Part shown: positions 25,616-37,480 of the stretch, in pieces | How positions within the stretch are numbered: the first letter of the stretch is position 1 | How the letters are laid out: each line of letters starts with the position of its first letter | Assembly: GCF_009914755.1 (NCBI RefSeq) | Contig: NC_060930.1 | DNA length: 64,000 nucleotides | Reading direction: 5' to 3' (one strand) | Origin: the human T2T-CHM13v2.0 reference genome, Homo sapiens | Notes under the pieces: generated by a model | Databases searched by the model: none | The model's input: only the letters and a program-made list of their open reading frames with translations | Told to the model about the DNA's origin: nothing | Position numbers and translations under genes: made by a program

Positions 25616-27139
25616 CCGAACAGAAGCTTCATGACCAGCAGTGCCGTTTTTACTTCTAAGCAACTTATTTGTCAGTCTATCCATTGATAAAACTAAAAAT
25701 TAACTTTCTTAGTTTAAACTGAGTTATAGCCCTCTATTTTTTTCTGTCCCTCACATAGCTATTCATATCCCTTTTCTCACACACTTTTAAAAAATAGCAC
25801 ACATAAATTAGTAAGAATCTTTGTTTTCATGAATCATTATGCACTGCTATTAATCATTGTGCAGCCTTCACAAAGGTTTTCGGAAGAAAATATGTTACTA
25901 AACATTTTCTGTGTTTCATCCAAGCCTGGTCAATTAATTTATTGTACACCTGAAATCTGATTTCAACAGAGGTGAAGAAAAATCTTTGGATCTCTCTGTA
26001 ACCACCCAAACACAGCTCTTCAGTTTCCAAGGGTGCTCATTTGCAAACGCAAGTAAGGGCATAAAAATAGGAATGCAAATATATTCTTCTTTTTTTAAAA
26101 CAGATTTGGCTCACTTTAGTATATTTTTGGAAAACTTTGTTCACTTCATCTTCTTGGCATTTCATTATACTTTACGATCTCAAAGTCAACTCTCCTGCAA
26201 CAAAGCGAAACATGGTTCTTTTGAAATAAATGTTGTCATTAACAAGCCATGCCAGGCACAGTGACAGCTTTGCAGCTGTAATGAATAACATTTCCCGCAA
26301 AGTTCTTCTGTCTGACAGAAAAGCTGTGACATTACTGCAGGCAACAGTGCTGAAAACTAAAAGATTGATTGATGCAAGTGGATAATTGAAACCTCAGTAC
26401 TGTCATATGCATGTCAGCCTAACAACCAAACTACTACTCTAATATTTATCATGATACAGCCTATGAATAAAAAAAAAACACATGTTGAAAAACGTAGACT
26501 ATATCCCATTAAACATGATTTAGAGGATGCCATCGTAGATGAGTCCATCAATAGCAATAAATTACACAGTGCTCAAACTTGCTCTAAAACTTACATGTTA
26601 GTTGAAAGTACATTTCTGCAAAGAAATCTAGTCAAAGTAGGCATTTAACTATCCTTTAATAGCAAAGTGGAGGATCCATTTCCTAGTTCATCTGTGACTA
26701 ACATTGCAATAAACCAGCTTTTAGGCAGCTGAATTTGAAAGAGAAAACATGATTAGAACCTTGCTAAAACTTTCTTTTCAGGCTGTATTTCCCTATGTCT
26801 ATCAATTTATACCAGTTTTCTCCTTACATACCTGTAGTTCTGTATTTATACAGAGAGCATATAGAGCACATATATGTTCTTATAGAGAGAAATTATATAA
26901 AGAAAAGTAGAACTTATATTTTTTTCGACGGTAACTGCTTCACATTCGATAGTTTAGAGGAAGAAATGGCATAGCTATAGAGAGGCAAAGACTATAACCT
27001 GTGAATTATCTATTTATATGGAAAAGAGAGGAACCCTGAAATTAGGCCTCAGCTTTTCAGTAACTTTTGAATACTTGAACATTTGTGCCAACCCTCTGGG
27101 TTTAAGTTTCCACATATATAAAAGGATTACAGCAGTGAT

Positions 27140-27248
27140 TAGGATGACCTACTTGTCCTGGTGTGCCCAGGATGTTCCGAGTTTTAAAACTGAAAGCCTC
27201 TGAGGAAACCCCTCAGTCCCAGGAAAGCAAGAACAGTTGGTCATTCTA
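27140..27248. mobile_element. MER81 hAT-Blackjack MITE
   Basis: TIRs TAGGATGACC and GGTCATTCTA; degraded 8-bp TSD GCAGTGAT/GAAGTGAC. Confidence 0.8.
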
Positions 27249-28289
27249 GAAGTGACTAATGTATTGCGTGTCATGGATTCTTAAGCCAGTAATGGAAAGT
27301 GTGGACCCTCCCTTCAGAAAAATACACATATACAAAATGTTCCACAACATTTTAGAAGGTCATTGTTCCATTTAGTTTATGAATTCTGGGTTAATAACCA
27401 ATCTACTGGATTATCATCCCAGCTCTTTCCAGCTCACAGCGTAGTTATAATTAGTAAGGGAATCTTCTGTACATGTTGCCAATGTTAAGCTTGTGTTGTG
27501 CTGAATAAGTGAAAGGGTTGGGGGTAATGAGTTTTGTCACCCCAGGGTTTTATAATTCCAATAACATACAGAGCAAAGAAAGTGACTTTTTTTTCTAGTG
27601 AGTATAGTAGAAAAAATATGGACAAAAGATAATAAAATGGCCTTCAAAATATTTTAATCAAATTTGCCTGACAGGTTTTGTCATACCGTGAATGTCAAAC
27701 ACTTTCCAACCTTTTCCCTAAATGTCTAATTTACTGTTACACTGTCCATCAATGTCTGCATTCCCTAAAACCTTTTTCTTCTTTGTTCAATTATGTTCTC
27801 TTTTTTTGCATTTTTTTTTTTACTTTTTTTCCTAAGATGATTTTATGTGTCTAGATCTTTCCTCCAAAATACCCTGTTTTGTTTTTCTAGCATCAACTGG
27901 GTCACATTTTTATCGTCTCATGTATGTCTCTTTTCTTTTGCTCTAACTTTGCAAGAAGATTATATTATTTCCAGCACTGTGGAAGGGTCTCACCGTTGGT
28001 GTTGCTACCTGAGAATTCAGATTAAGCACACAGTTCTGTAATTATTTTTACTGGAAGCCTAATTTTAAATGTTTACTTAGATGCTTTCTTACCCATAACC
28101 ACAAGGACTTAGGTGAAGTCCCAATTCTTAAGCACCAGGCCCTTTCCATCTCCCACTATTCTTCTACATTTCCCTGCTCAATCACAGTTCCAAATTCAGT
28201 GTGTATCTACTTCCACATCTCTTATCCTGCTGTTCTCATATATCGGTTCTATAAATACTTCATGGCCTTTAAGTTTGAACTTTTGTGTA

Positions 28290-28650
28290 GTTTGTTCATT
28301 TAATAAATATTTATTGAGCACCTATGTGCCAGCTACTGCTATAGAGAAAATCAGAAGAAAGAGATCATGTCTTTACAGAGTTTTTTATTCCAGCTGGGGA
28401 GAGACTGAGCAAACAGGGGACATGGTAAAGAGGTAAATTCCACGGCAATTTTAGAATATGACAGGTACTATGGGAGAAAAAAGAAAAGAAACAGAGGTGA
28501 ATAAGAGGAATTGATAATGTCAGGAAGGCAAGATGACAGTTTTGATTATCAATTAGATAAATAATTTAATTATATGCAACGGTGAGGTAGGCCTCCATGA
28601 AGAGTGAACCTTTGAACAGAACCAAGTAGGTGAAGCCACGGAGACATCTC
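28290..28650 (-). mobile_element. L2a 3' fragment
   Basis: TTCATTTAATAAATATTTATTGAGCACCTATGTGCCAG is the canonical antisense L2 tail. Confidence 0.8.
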
Positions 28651-29481
28651 TATATAGATTTGTGGAGTTTGTTGGCTTCCAGAGGTTAGAACTTGTGTAT
28701 GTTTGCGCTGTGCGTTCTGGGTAAGCGGGGATGGTTAAATGAACAGCTTTTCTAGGCTGGTTTTCAAGTTCTCATCTAGCAGCAACTCTCACTTTCTCAT
28801 GGTTAGGCTGCACCCACACCGGAGCACTTGCTCTTCCCAGACGGCACCAAGCTCTTGCTGGCCCCTAGGCTTCCCAATACGTTGCCAACTCTACCCTACT
28901 CACTCCTGCATCCACTGGACTCATATGGTGCCACACATGCTGAAGACCTCTAGGGACAGCCCATCTTTTCCATCCTTTTCACTCCTCCATCCTCTACCCA
29001 TACCTCCGTAGCTCCCTTCATATGCCTTTATGTAGAAATTCATCACACTTTTTAAATTAAATTCTTATTTGTCTGAATCATGGGGGTGGAGAAAGTGTTT
29101 TTGTCTTTGCATCTCTAACCATGATGCTAGATAAATATCTACTGAGGAAATGATTTGCTGAGCACATTTAATCGGCATTTATGTTTACAGATGTAAAGAA
29201 TAAGACCCCAAAAAGCTATGGGACCTACTCAGATCAAGCAGATAGTTAAGAGTAGAGGCAGTCTAATCTAGAAGCTAAAACATGATAAAATCAACAACTT
29301 AGAAAAAAGAATATCTGCAGCATGTCATTTTGTTGTGTACAGAATGAATTGCTCTGCCAGCTAAAATTGTGTAGCTATGTAGTAAAAGATGCTACTCAAA
29401 TAAACCAAGTACTTATGGATATCATTCTCATTAACTACTTTGATAAAAAGCACCTACCAGAGTGCTAGGGGAACGTGATAT

Positions 29482-30015
29482 TATGTCCGGAATTGGTGGG
29501 TTCTTGGTCTCACTGACTTCAAGAATGAAGCCGTGGACCCTCGCGGTGAGTGTTACAGTTCTTAAAGACGGTGTGTCCGGAGTTTGTTCCTTTTGATGTT
29601 CGGACCTGTTTGGAGTTTCTTCCTTCTGGTGGCTTCGTGGTCTCACTAGCTTCAGGTGTGAAGCTGCAGACCTTCGCGTTGAGTGTTACAGCTCTTAAGG
29701 TGGCGCGTCTGGGGTTGTTCGTTCCTCCCTACGGAGTTGTTCATTCCTCCTCCCAGTGGGTTCGTGGTCTCGCTGGCCTCAGGAGTGAAGCTGCAGACAT
29801 TCCCAGTGGATGTTACAGCTCATAAACGCAGTGCAGGCCCAAAGAGTGAGCAGCAGCAAGATTTATTGCAAAGAGCAAAAGAACAGAGCTTCCACAGTGT
29901 AGAAGACCTGACCAGGTTGCCACTGCTGGCTCGGGCAGCCTGCTTTTATTCCCTTATCTGGCCCCACCCACATCCTGCTCATTGGTCCATTTTACAGAGA
30001 GCCGATTGGTCCATT
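29482..30015 (-). mobile_element. LTR12 (ERV9) LTR, U3-truncated
   Basis: TGTCCGGAATTGGTGGGTTCTTGGTCTCACTGACTTCAAGAATGAAGCC, the U5 repeats, and the CTGATTGGTCCATTTTACAGAG-type U3 repeats. Confidence 0.95.
29945..30009 (-). promoter_or_regulatory. ERV9 LTR core promoter motifs
   Basis: On the minus strand: CCAAT (30005-30009, 29981-29985), GGGTGGGGC (29961-29969), AGATAA (29954-29959), TATA-like AATAAA (29945-29950). Confidence 0.6.
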
Positions 30016-30017
30016 AA

Positions 30018-30343
<326 letters not shown>

Positions 30344-31001
30344 AAATAGCAGCATATTTTGAAACGATATACAAATTTTCAGCCTAAAGTTGAAGCTTTG
30401 TGTCTCAGGGACTGTATACACTTCTGTGTATATGTGTAGAGTAAGGAGATGTTCTTACCTGTCACTGCTATGCCCTGTGGGGCAATTTCTGCCCTCTGTA
30501 GTCAAAGTCCAGCCCTATACCCTGACCTGACAATTGATCTGAAATTTGCTCCTTATTTGCTTTATGTTAGCTCTCATTTCCCTTGAGGTCTTGCTCTGCC
30601 CCTTGTCTTTGACAGGAATTTCTGAACAACTTTATTTTTGCATCAGACAAATCTATAACCTCCATTTTTACATCTTTAAAGCTGCCATAAAGCTTACCAT
30701 TCCAGAAGATGCCATCTTGATTCTCAATTCCCCATGTATACCAAACTGAAACTGCTGTACTCCTGCTTTGAGTCAGTCTCTGGTTATAGCCACCTCCCAG
30801 CTAAGTCAAAGGTCATTAACTCCCAATAGCACATAATTCAGTCTCACTCTGTTTGTTAACATGTCAACAACTATAGTGAATCCCAGCTCCTCATCTGCTC
30901 TGGCCTGCTTTATAAACTTTGCCAACTTGTCTTAATGGAGAACTGCCCCTTCTTCAAGTGCAGCATCCCTTTCCAATTCATGACATAAATTTCTTAGGTA
31001 G

Positions 31002-31352
31002 TATATTACCCCATTTTCACACTGCTATAAAGAAATGCCTAAGACTGGGTAATTTATAAAGGAAAGAGGTTTAATTGACTCACCATTTTGCATGGCTGGG
31101 GAAGCCTCAGGAAACTTAAAATCATGGTGAAAGGGGAAGCAGGCACTTTCTTCACAAGGCAGCAGGGGAAAAAGAAGAACAATGGAGGAACTTCTAAACA
31201 CTTATAAAACCACCAGATCTCATGAGAACTCACTCTCACAAGAACAGCATGGGGAGACCACATCCATGATTCAATCACCTCCCTCCCTTGACACGTGGGG
31301 ATTACAATTCAAGATGAGATTTGGGGTGGGGACACAGAACCAAACCATATCA
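31002..31352 (-). mobile_element. THE1D-like solo LTR with 5-bp TSD
   Basis: GGTAATTTATAAAGGAAAGAGGTTTAATTGACTC...CAAACCATATCA; GGTAG at 30997-31001 and 31353-31357. Confidence 0.92.
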
Positions 31353-31544
31353 GGTAGGCAAGCAAAACTAAGTCATTAATTTAATTTGTAAAAAATTTAT
31401 TGAATGCTGGATGGTAACTCAAAAAACTGAAGGAATAGCTGAACAATAGCTTTCAAATAAACAGGAACCAGACAGCTTCTGGGTATCTGACTTCTGGATA
31501 TTATGGATTATCTCTTCAAGGCACCACTGTCAGGATTAATCAAT

Positions 31545-32056
31545 AACATAGGCAGAATAATACTCCCAACCCCTCAGAATAGCTATAATCTAATTCCTGG
31601 AACCTGTGAATATGTTATTTTCTATGGCAAAAGGGATTTTGCAGATGTCATTAAGAGTATGAACCTTTAGACAGAAAGATACTCCAGGATATCTTAGCAG
31701 GTCCCATGTAATCACAAGAGTCCTTAAAAGCAGTGAGCTTTTCTGGCTGTGTTAGAAAGAGAGAGATGTGATGATAGAAAAGCTTCCCAGGGATTTGATG
31801 TTGTTGGCTTTGAAGATGAAGAAGTGGGTCAAGAGCCAAGAAATGCAGGCAGCCTTTAGAAGCGAGAATGGGCGAGGAAGAAAATTCTCACCTAGGGTCT
31901 CCAGAAAGGAATACAGCCCTGCTGATACCTTGGTTTTAGCTCAGTGAGACCTGTGTTGGATTTCTGACCTACACAACTGTAAAATAATATATTTGTGTTG
32001 TTTTAAGCCATTAAATGTATGTTAATGTATTATAGCAGCAATAGAAAATGAATACA
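31545..32056 (+). mobile_element. MLT1D solo LTR
   Basis: GGCAGAATAAT...CCTGGAACCTGTGAATATGTTA...GGCAAAAGGGATTTTGCAGATG...TATAGCAGCAATAGAAAATGAATACA. Confidence 0.9.
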
Positions 32057-32199
32057 ATCAGCTCCAGAAGAATGTCTTTAAAATAAAATCAAGTCCCGCA
32101 CCATTCACCATTCACTTCCTACTGGAAACAAATAAATAATAAATCAGAAGACCATGCTCATTCAGAATTTGAAAGGAATATAAATCACATTTGGAAGTT

Positions 32200-33930
32200 C
32201 TCCTATGACCTGTTTACACCCTGTGTAGAAACATAGCCTATTTGTCTATGCTGCCACCTTTTTTGACATAGCAGATATTATGGTGCTGAAAATGTCGTGT
32301 AGAATGGAATTATTTATGGCACTTATATTAAGCTCTGAGAAAAGAATTACAGCATAGGCCTCTTGAGTTTTAGAATGAAACAATGTCCCCCTTGGCAAAT
32401 ACCTATTTCTTCTGGAAAACAGTTCTTGACTTTCCCTAGAGTCTGACGGGTACTGAACACAGGCCACCATGGATTGCTCGGTGATCATGCATTTGAGTCA
32501 TCCATAAATTAAGTGCTATCAGTTCTGCATTATCATTCAGTTGAACAAGTCCAGATATATATGAGGCAGGTCTGAGGAGGCTCTGAAGGCCTAACAAAAT
32601 GCAAGAGCAAGTGGTTCCCACTCTTAGCAACTGTACTCTAGACACACTTTCATTCCCCTTAACAATATCTGTGGCCTCAGGGAGGGTACTCTACAGGAAT
32701 TAACAGGGAAAGGTGATTCTCAACAAAATGCTGGAACCAAGCAGAAGTTCAATTTGGCAGGGTAAATTTCTCACTCTGGAGATTCTTTGAAAATCAGTGG
32801 ACAAAGCAGCATGATTGGAGGGTTGATGATAATACTTGAAGAACGAATTTATAGGTGAGCCTCTTACAATGGACCCAGAGTTTGATATATTTGTATCCCA
32901 TGTGAAGGTATATAAAACCAAAAGTCCCTCACTGCTGAAAAGGCCCTTAAACAGCAAGGTGGGAAAGATAGCCTGTCTCTGGATTGTATCCCATCCCTGT
33001 TTCCAGGTGACGTAGGATTTTCTCAAGGGTCTCATAAAAACAGTGGCTATGTGTGTGATAGTAGCTTGGCATGGGCTTAGCAACACTGACTTTACTGAGG
33101 CTGACCTGACTTTACTTCTGACAAACAAATATTCCAGAAGCAGTAAGCGGCCATGAGCCAGCCTCCACACAGTATATTTTGAGAAGTCCACACAGTGTCC
33201 ATTGACTTAGTATACTGTACCTTTTCTGTAATTAAAAGAGTAGCAATTTGTGTTCACTGGAACATACACATTCTGTAATGGAACAATGGAACTTGTACTC
33301 TTGACTTCTCATCTGTGGGTTTCCTCTACACCTTACAAACCCTCAAGATATCTTAAACATCATGGCCTTTAACCAAGAAACTTATTTATAATAAAAATTA
33401 AGGCAATTAGTTCATTCCCCAAGAATCCCCTGTTGTTGCTTTTTTAGTTTATTAGCATTATTACCATAAGCTATAGCAATGAGGCCAGCAGGGAGACTTT
33501 TAGGATAATGTGCAAATCTGTGATCAATAAATGTTGCTGTTTGTCTCATAACCAGATTGTATGGGGCTAAGAAGCAAGGGGAAGAGGTGGAAAAGACCCT
33601 TTTCAAGTTGTTACATAATAACCCTCACATTTGTTTTTCTTTCCATGCCAGTTACTCGAAGTTTAACTGGTGTGTAGAAGTCTTGGTACCAAATAGAAAA
33701 TTGCTTTCACCCGAGATTCATCATCGTTCCACTCACTTGCATTCTTCAAACTGCCATTTGGCCAATTGCCATTTTTTTCATGCCACTAGACAAATAGAAA
33801 AAACAGAGAGGAGGAAGAATATGAATTACAAGGTTTCCTAGGGTAATCACCCTAATTTTAAAAAGAAAATAGGACTTCTACTGCAGATAGAGGGAAACTG
33901 AATGGAAATTTGCAGTCCCTTGGCATTTCT
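32200..33930 (+). mobile_element. Decayed ERVL-class internal (pol RNase H-integrase) sequence
   Basis: Translated remnants IFVSHV (32887-32904) and HKNSGY...AWA*QH resemble ERVL IFVSHVNAH and HEQSGHGG...AWAQQH. Confidence 0.65.
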
Positions 33931-34162
33931 TTATATAAGTATCATAGAAGACACAGTAATCTTCCAAGGTAAGATAACCAATGGTCCAGAACCCTCAGGG
34001 TTGAAGACATACATTGTGACAACATGGGGTAAAGAATCCTAAAGATGCTATGAGAAAACAAGAATTTTGAGCATGCAATGAAGGAGGAAAGCCACAGATT
34101 CAGCAGCAGCTTTATGACTTGTTGCAAAAAGAGGGCCTCTATTTTTTTTGCTTGCTTTGTTA

Positions 34163-34166
<4 letters not shown>

Positions 34167-34202
<36 letters not shown>
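34167..34202. repeat. (TG)n microsatellite
   Basis: About 18 perfect TG units. Confidence 0.95.
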
Positions 34203-34204
<2 letters not shown>

Positions 34205-34469
34205 CTTTTCTTTCTTATTGTACAAATCCTTGTTGGTGGTCGGTTTATCTAACATCCATAGGTTGCACGACATCAAGACAGGAAAGTGATCTGGCCAGAA
34301 CCAAATTTTCGTCATTTGAAAATTGTGAAACTGAAGTTAAATAAACACTCTAGGCAGTTGGAAAAGGCAAGATAGATATGTTTTTATTTTAGATAAAATA
34401 GTTCTATTGATGGGGCATTTTTTATGTTTTTTATGGATGTTCTGAATAGGTATGGATGAGGTCTGGGCT

Positions 34470-34918
34470 ACAGGGCATGTCCATTGTTTTTTCTCTTCAG
34501 TATTACCTCTGGTATTGGCAACATTACTTCGCTATTTTCCATTGGGGAGAAACTCCTCTCCTCTTGCAAGATGTCTACTGATATCTCAGTACAGTGCCCT
34601 TCCCTCTCCTAAACAAACAGAACACCTAAGCCCCAGGTGGAGCAATCAGACATGGAACACTTTGAGCATTTGTCATATAATGTCACAAGCTGGAAAACAG
34701 CTGAACTTCACTCATTTTACTGGAAGAACCCTAAAAAGAATGTTCATCAGTTTCTCCTCCCTAGATCTCCAGAGCTTCCTGATTCCTGATCCTTCTGTGG
34801 CCTGGATTTTAAGCTTTTCCTTCAGAAATGGAAGCTATTTTTAATAAAATTAATTCATTTAACAGAAAAACAAGAGTTGTTTTTTGTTACTTGCTGCTAA
34901 AGAACTCTAACTGACACG
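34470..34918 (+). mobile_element. Old ERVL/MaLR-type LTR (LTR33/LTR16/MLT1-like)
   Basis: AATAAA followed by TGTTACTTGCTGCTAAAGAACTCTAACTGACAC, a typical class III LTR 3' end. Confidence 0.45.
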
Positions 34919-36050
34919 TTGCTCAACACTTATCTCAGCTTTTCATGAAAAGCAGTCCTTTTTATACAATTACCCTGGATCCATTCTCAATGAAGATTGC
35001 CCACCCTGGAGAGTACTACAGCAATTCACACCCTAGGAAGTATTAACTACATGGAAAGCATCTTCTCTGGCATGTTGTCAGCCTTAATAATGGGTGGAAT
35101 TCCTTGCATCCTTTGGGGAGAGTTGCCCCATTTGTACCATCTTTGACAACAAATGCGCTCTTTTTTAAAGAAACATTCATCCCTCTTTGTAAACTATTCA
35201 AAATTATAGCTTTATTGGCTCTCCACCTCATTGTGTTGTTAGACCTTGCTACCTCCTCCAGATAACAATCACTCCTAACACTCTCCATTATGTGTGGCAG
35301 CTCATCCAGTCATGGCTGTCACTTTGAGGAGGCAACAATGCATTAGCTGAGACAGAAGACTACTGCTCCCACTGTTACCTCCACCATCACGACCACCTCC
35401 ACCACCAGTTCTCTAATTTATGAACAGTGTTTGAGATCTATTACCTCAACAGCTTCAGTTCTGGAAACCTACTTCACATTATTAACTAGTAAGGATCTTA
35501 ACTATTTCACCACTAGAGTCCTCTACTCTGGTCCACTAGTTTATATCTACCAAAAAATAACCTAATTTTGCACTAAGCACTCATCTCTGAGCTGCAGCTC
35601 CTTGTCTGTTATTGGAGTTAAGGTGCCTTTGCTGGTACATAGATAGCATTAGGCTGACCTTCCTGTGGTAAGCATCCAAAGGTATTACTGAGTGACTTGG
35701 ATATTGCTTTTTCTTTTTTTTTTAGTTTTATTTGTTTATTACTGGCTGAGACATAGTGGCACTTGAAACAATGGGGCTGCTTTCTCTAGTTAATGTATTA
35801 GCCAAGTACATGGAGTCTGACTGCCCTTTGCTTACCTCCAGGCTGCACCAGTGCACGCACTATTCCAAACTTCTAACATCATCAGGGTTTGTTAGCCTTT
35901 AATAATTGGGCTAGTCCAAAAGTTAGTCACTTTTGAAAAGTCTATTTGGGGGAAATTGAATCTGTAAAACACTGTTTATCATACCACAATTCTCAAATCT
36001 TCCAGATTTAAAAATTACGTCTACAGACTGCTCTGTTACAACATGTGTTT

Positions 36051-37448
36051 AATTTTTTTTGTTTGTTTCAATAGGTTTTTGGGAAACAGGTTGTGTTTGG
36101 TTACATGAATAAGTTATGTAGTAGTGATTTCTGAGATATTGGTGCACCCATTACCCGACGTACATTATACCCAATGTGTAGATTTTTATCCCTCACCCCC
36201 TTTCACCCTTTCCCCCAAGTCCCCAAAGTTCACTCTATCATTCTTTGCATCCTCATGGCTTAGCTCCCACTTATGAATGAGAGCATGTGATGTTTGGTTT
36301 TCCATTCCTGAGTTACTTCACTTAGAATAATGGTCTTCAATTCTATCCAGGTTGCTGCGAATGCCATTATTTCATTTCTCTTTATGGCTGAGTAGCATTC
36401 CATGATATACATGTGTGTGTGTGTATGTGTGTGTGTGTGTGCATGTGTGTGTAGCACAATTTCTTTATCCACTTTTTGATAGATGGGCATTTGGGCTGGT
36501 TCCATATTTTTGCTATTGCAATTTGTGCTGCTGTAAACATACATGTGGAAGTATATTTTTCATATAATGATTTCTTTTCCTCTGGGTAGATACCTAGGAT
36601 TGGGTTCCTGGATCAAATGGTAGATCTACTTTTAGTTCTATAAGGAATCTCCACACTGTTTTACACAGTGGTTATACCTGTTTACATTTCCACCAACAGT
36701 GTAAAAGTGTTCCCTTTTCACCACATTCACCCCAACATTAATTTTTTTTTATTTTTTATTTTCTGATTATGACCTTTCTTGCAAGAGTGAAGTGGTATCA
36801 CATTGTGGTTTTGATTTGCATTTGCCTGATAATTAGTGATGTTGAGCATTTTTTTCTTATGTTTGTTGGCCATTTGTATGTCTTCTTTTGCGAATTGTCC
36901 ATTCATGTCCTTAGTCCACTTTTTAATGGGATTCTTTTTATTTTCTCACTAATTTGTTTGAGTTCCTTGTAGATTCTTGATATCAGTCCTTTATTGGATG
37001 TATAGATTGCAAGATTTTCTCCCACTCTGTGTGTTGTCTATTTGTTGATTATTTCTTTTGCTGTGCAGAAGCTTTTTAGTTTAATTAAGTCCCATCTATT
37101 TATCTTTGTTTTTGTTATGTTTGCTTTTGGGTTCCTGGTCATAAACTCTTTGTCTAAGCCAATGTCTAGAAGCATTTTTTTCAATGTCATCTTCTAGAAT
37201 TTTTATGGTTTCAGGTCTTAGATTTAAGTCTTTGATCCATGTTGAGTTGATTTTTGTATAAGGTGAGAGGTGAGGATCCAGTTTCATTCCTCCACATGTG
37301 GCTTACCAATTATCCCAGCACCATTTATTGAATTGGGTGTTCTTTCCCCACTTTATGCTTTTGTTTGCTTTGTCGAAGATAAGTTGATTGTAAGTATTCA
37401 GCGTTATTTCTGGGTTCTCTACTCTGTTCCATTGGTCTGTATGCTTGT

Positions 37449-37480
<32 letters not shown>

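Noticed and set aside
27270-27390. Possible Charlie-type MITE fragment
   Set aside because: The resemblance is too weak to assign without a profile search
29500-29830. Spaced direct repeats resembling a CRISPR array
   Set aside because: These are the normal LTR12 U5 tandem repeats in eukaryotic DNA, with no unique spacers or cas genes
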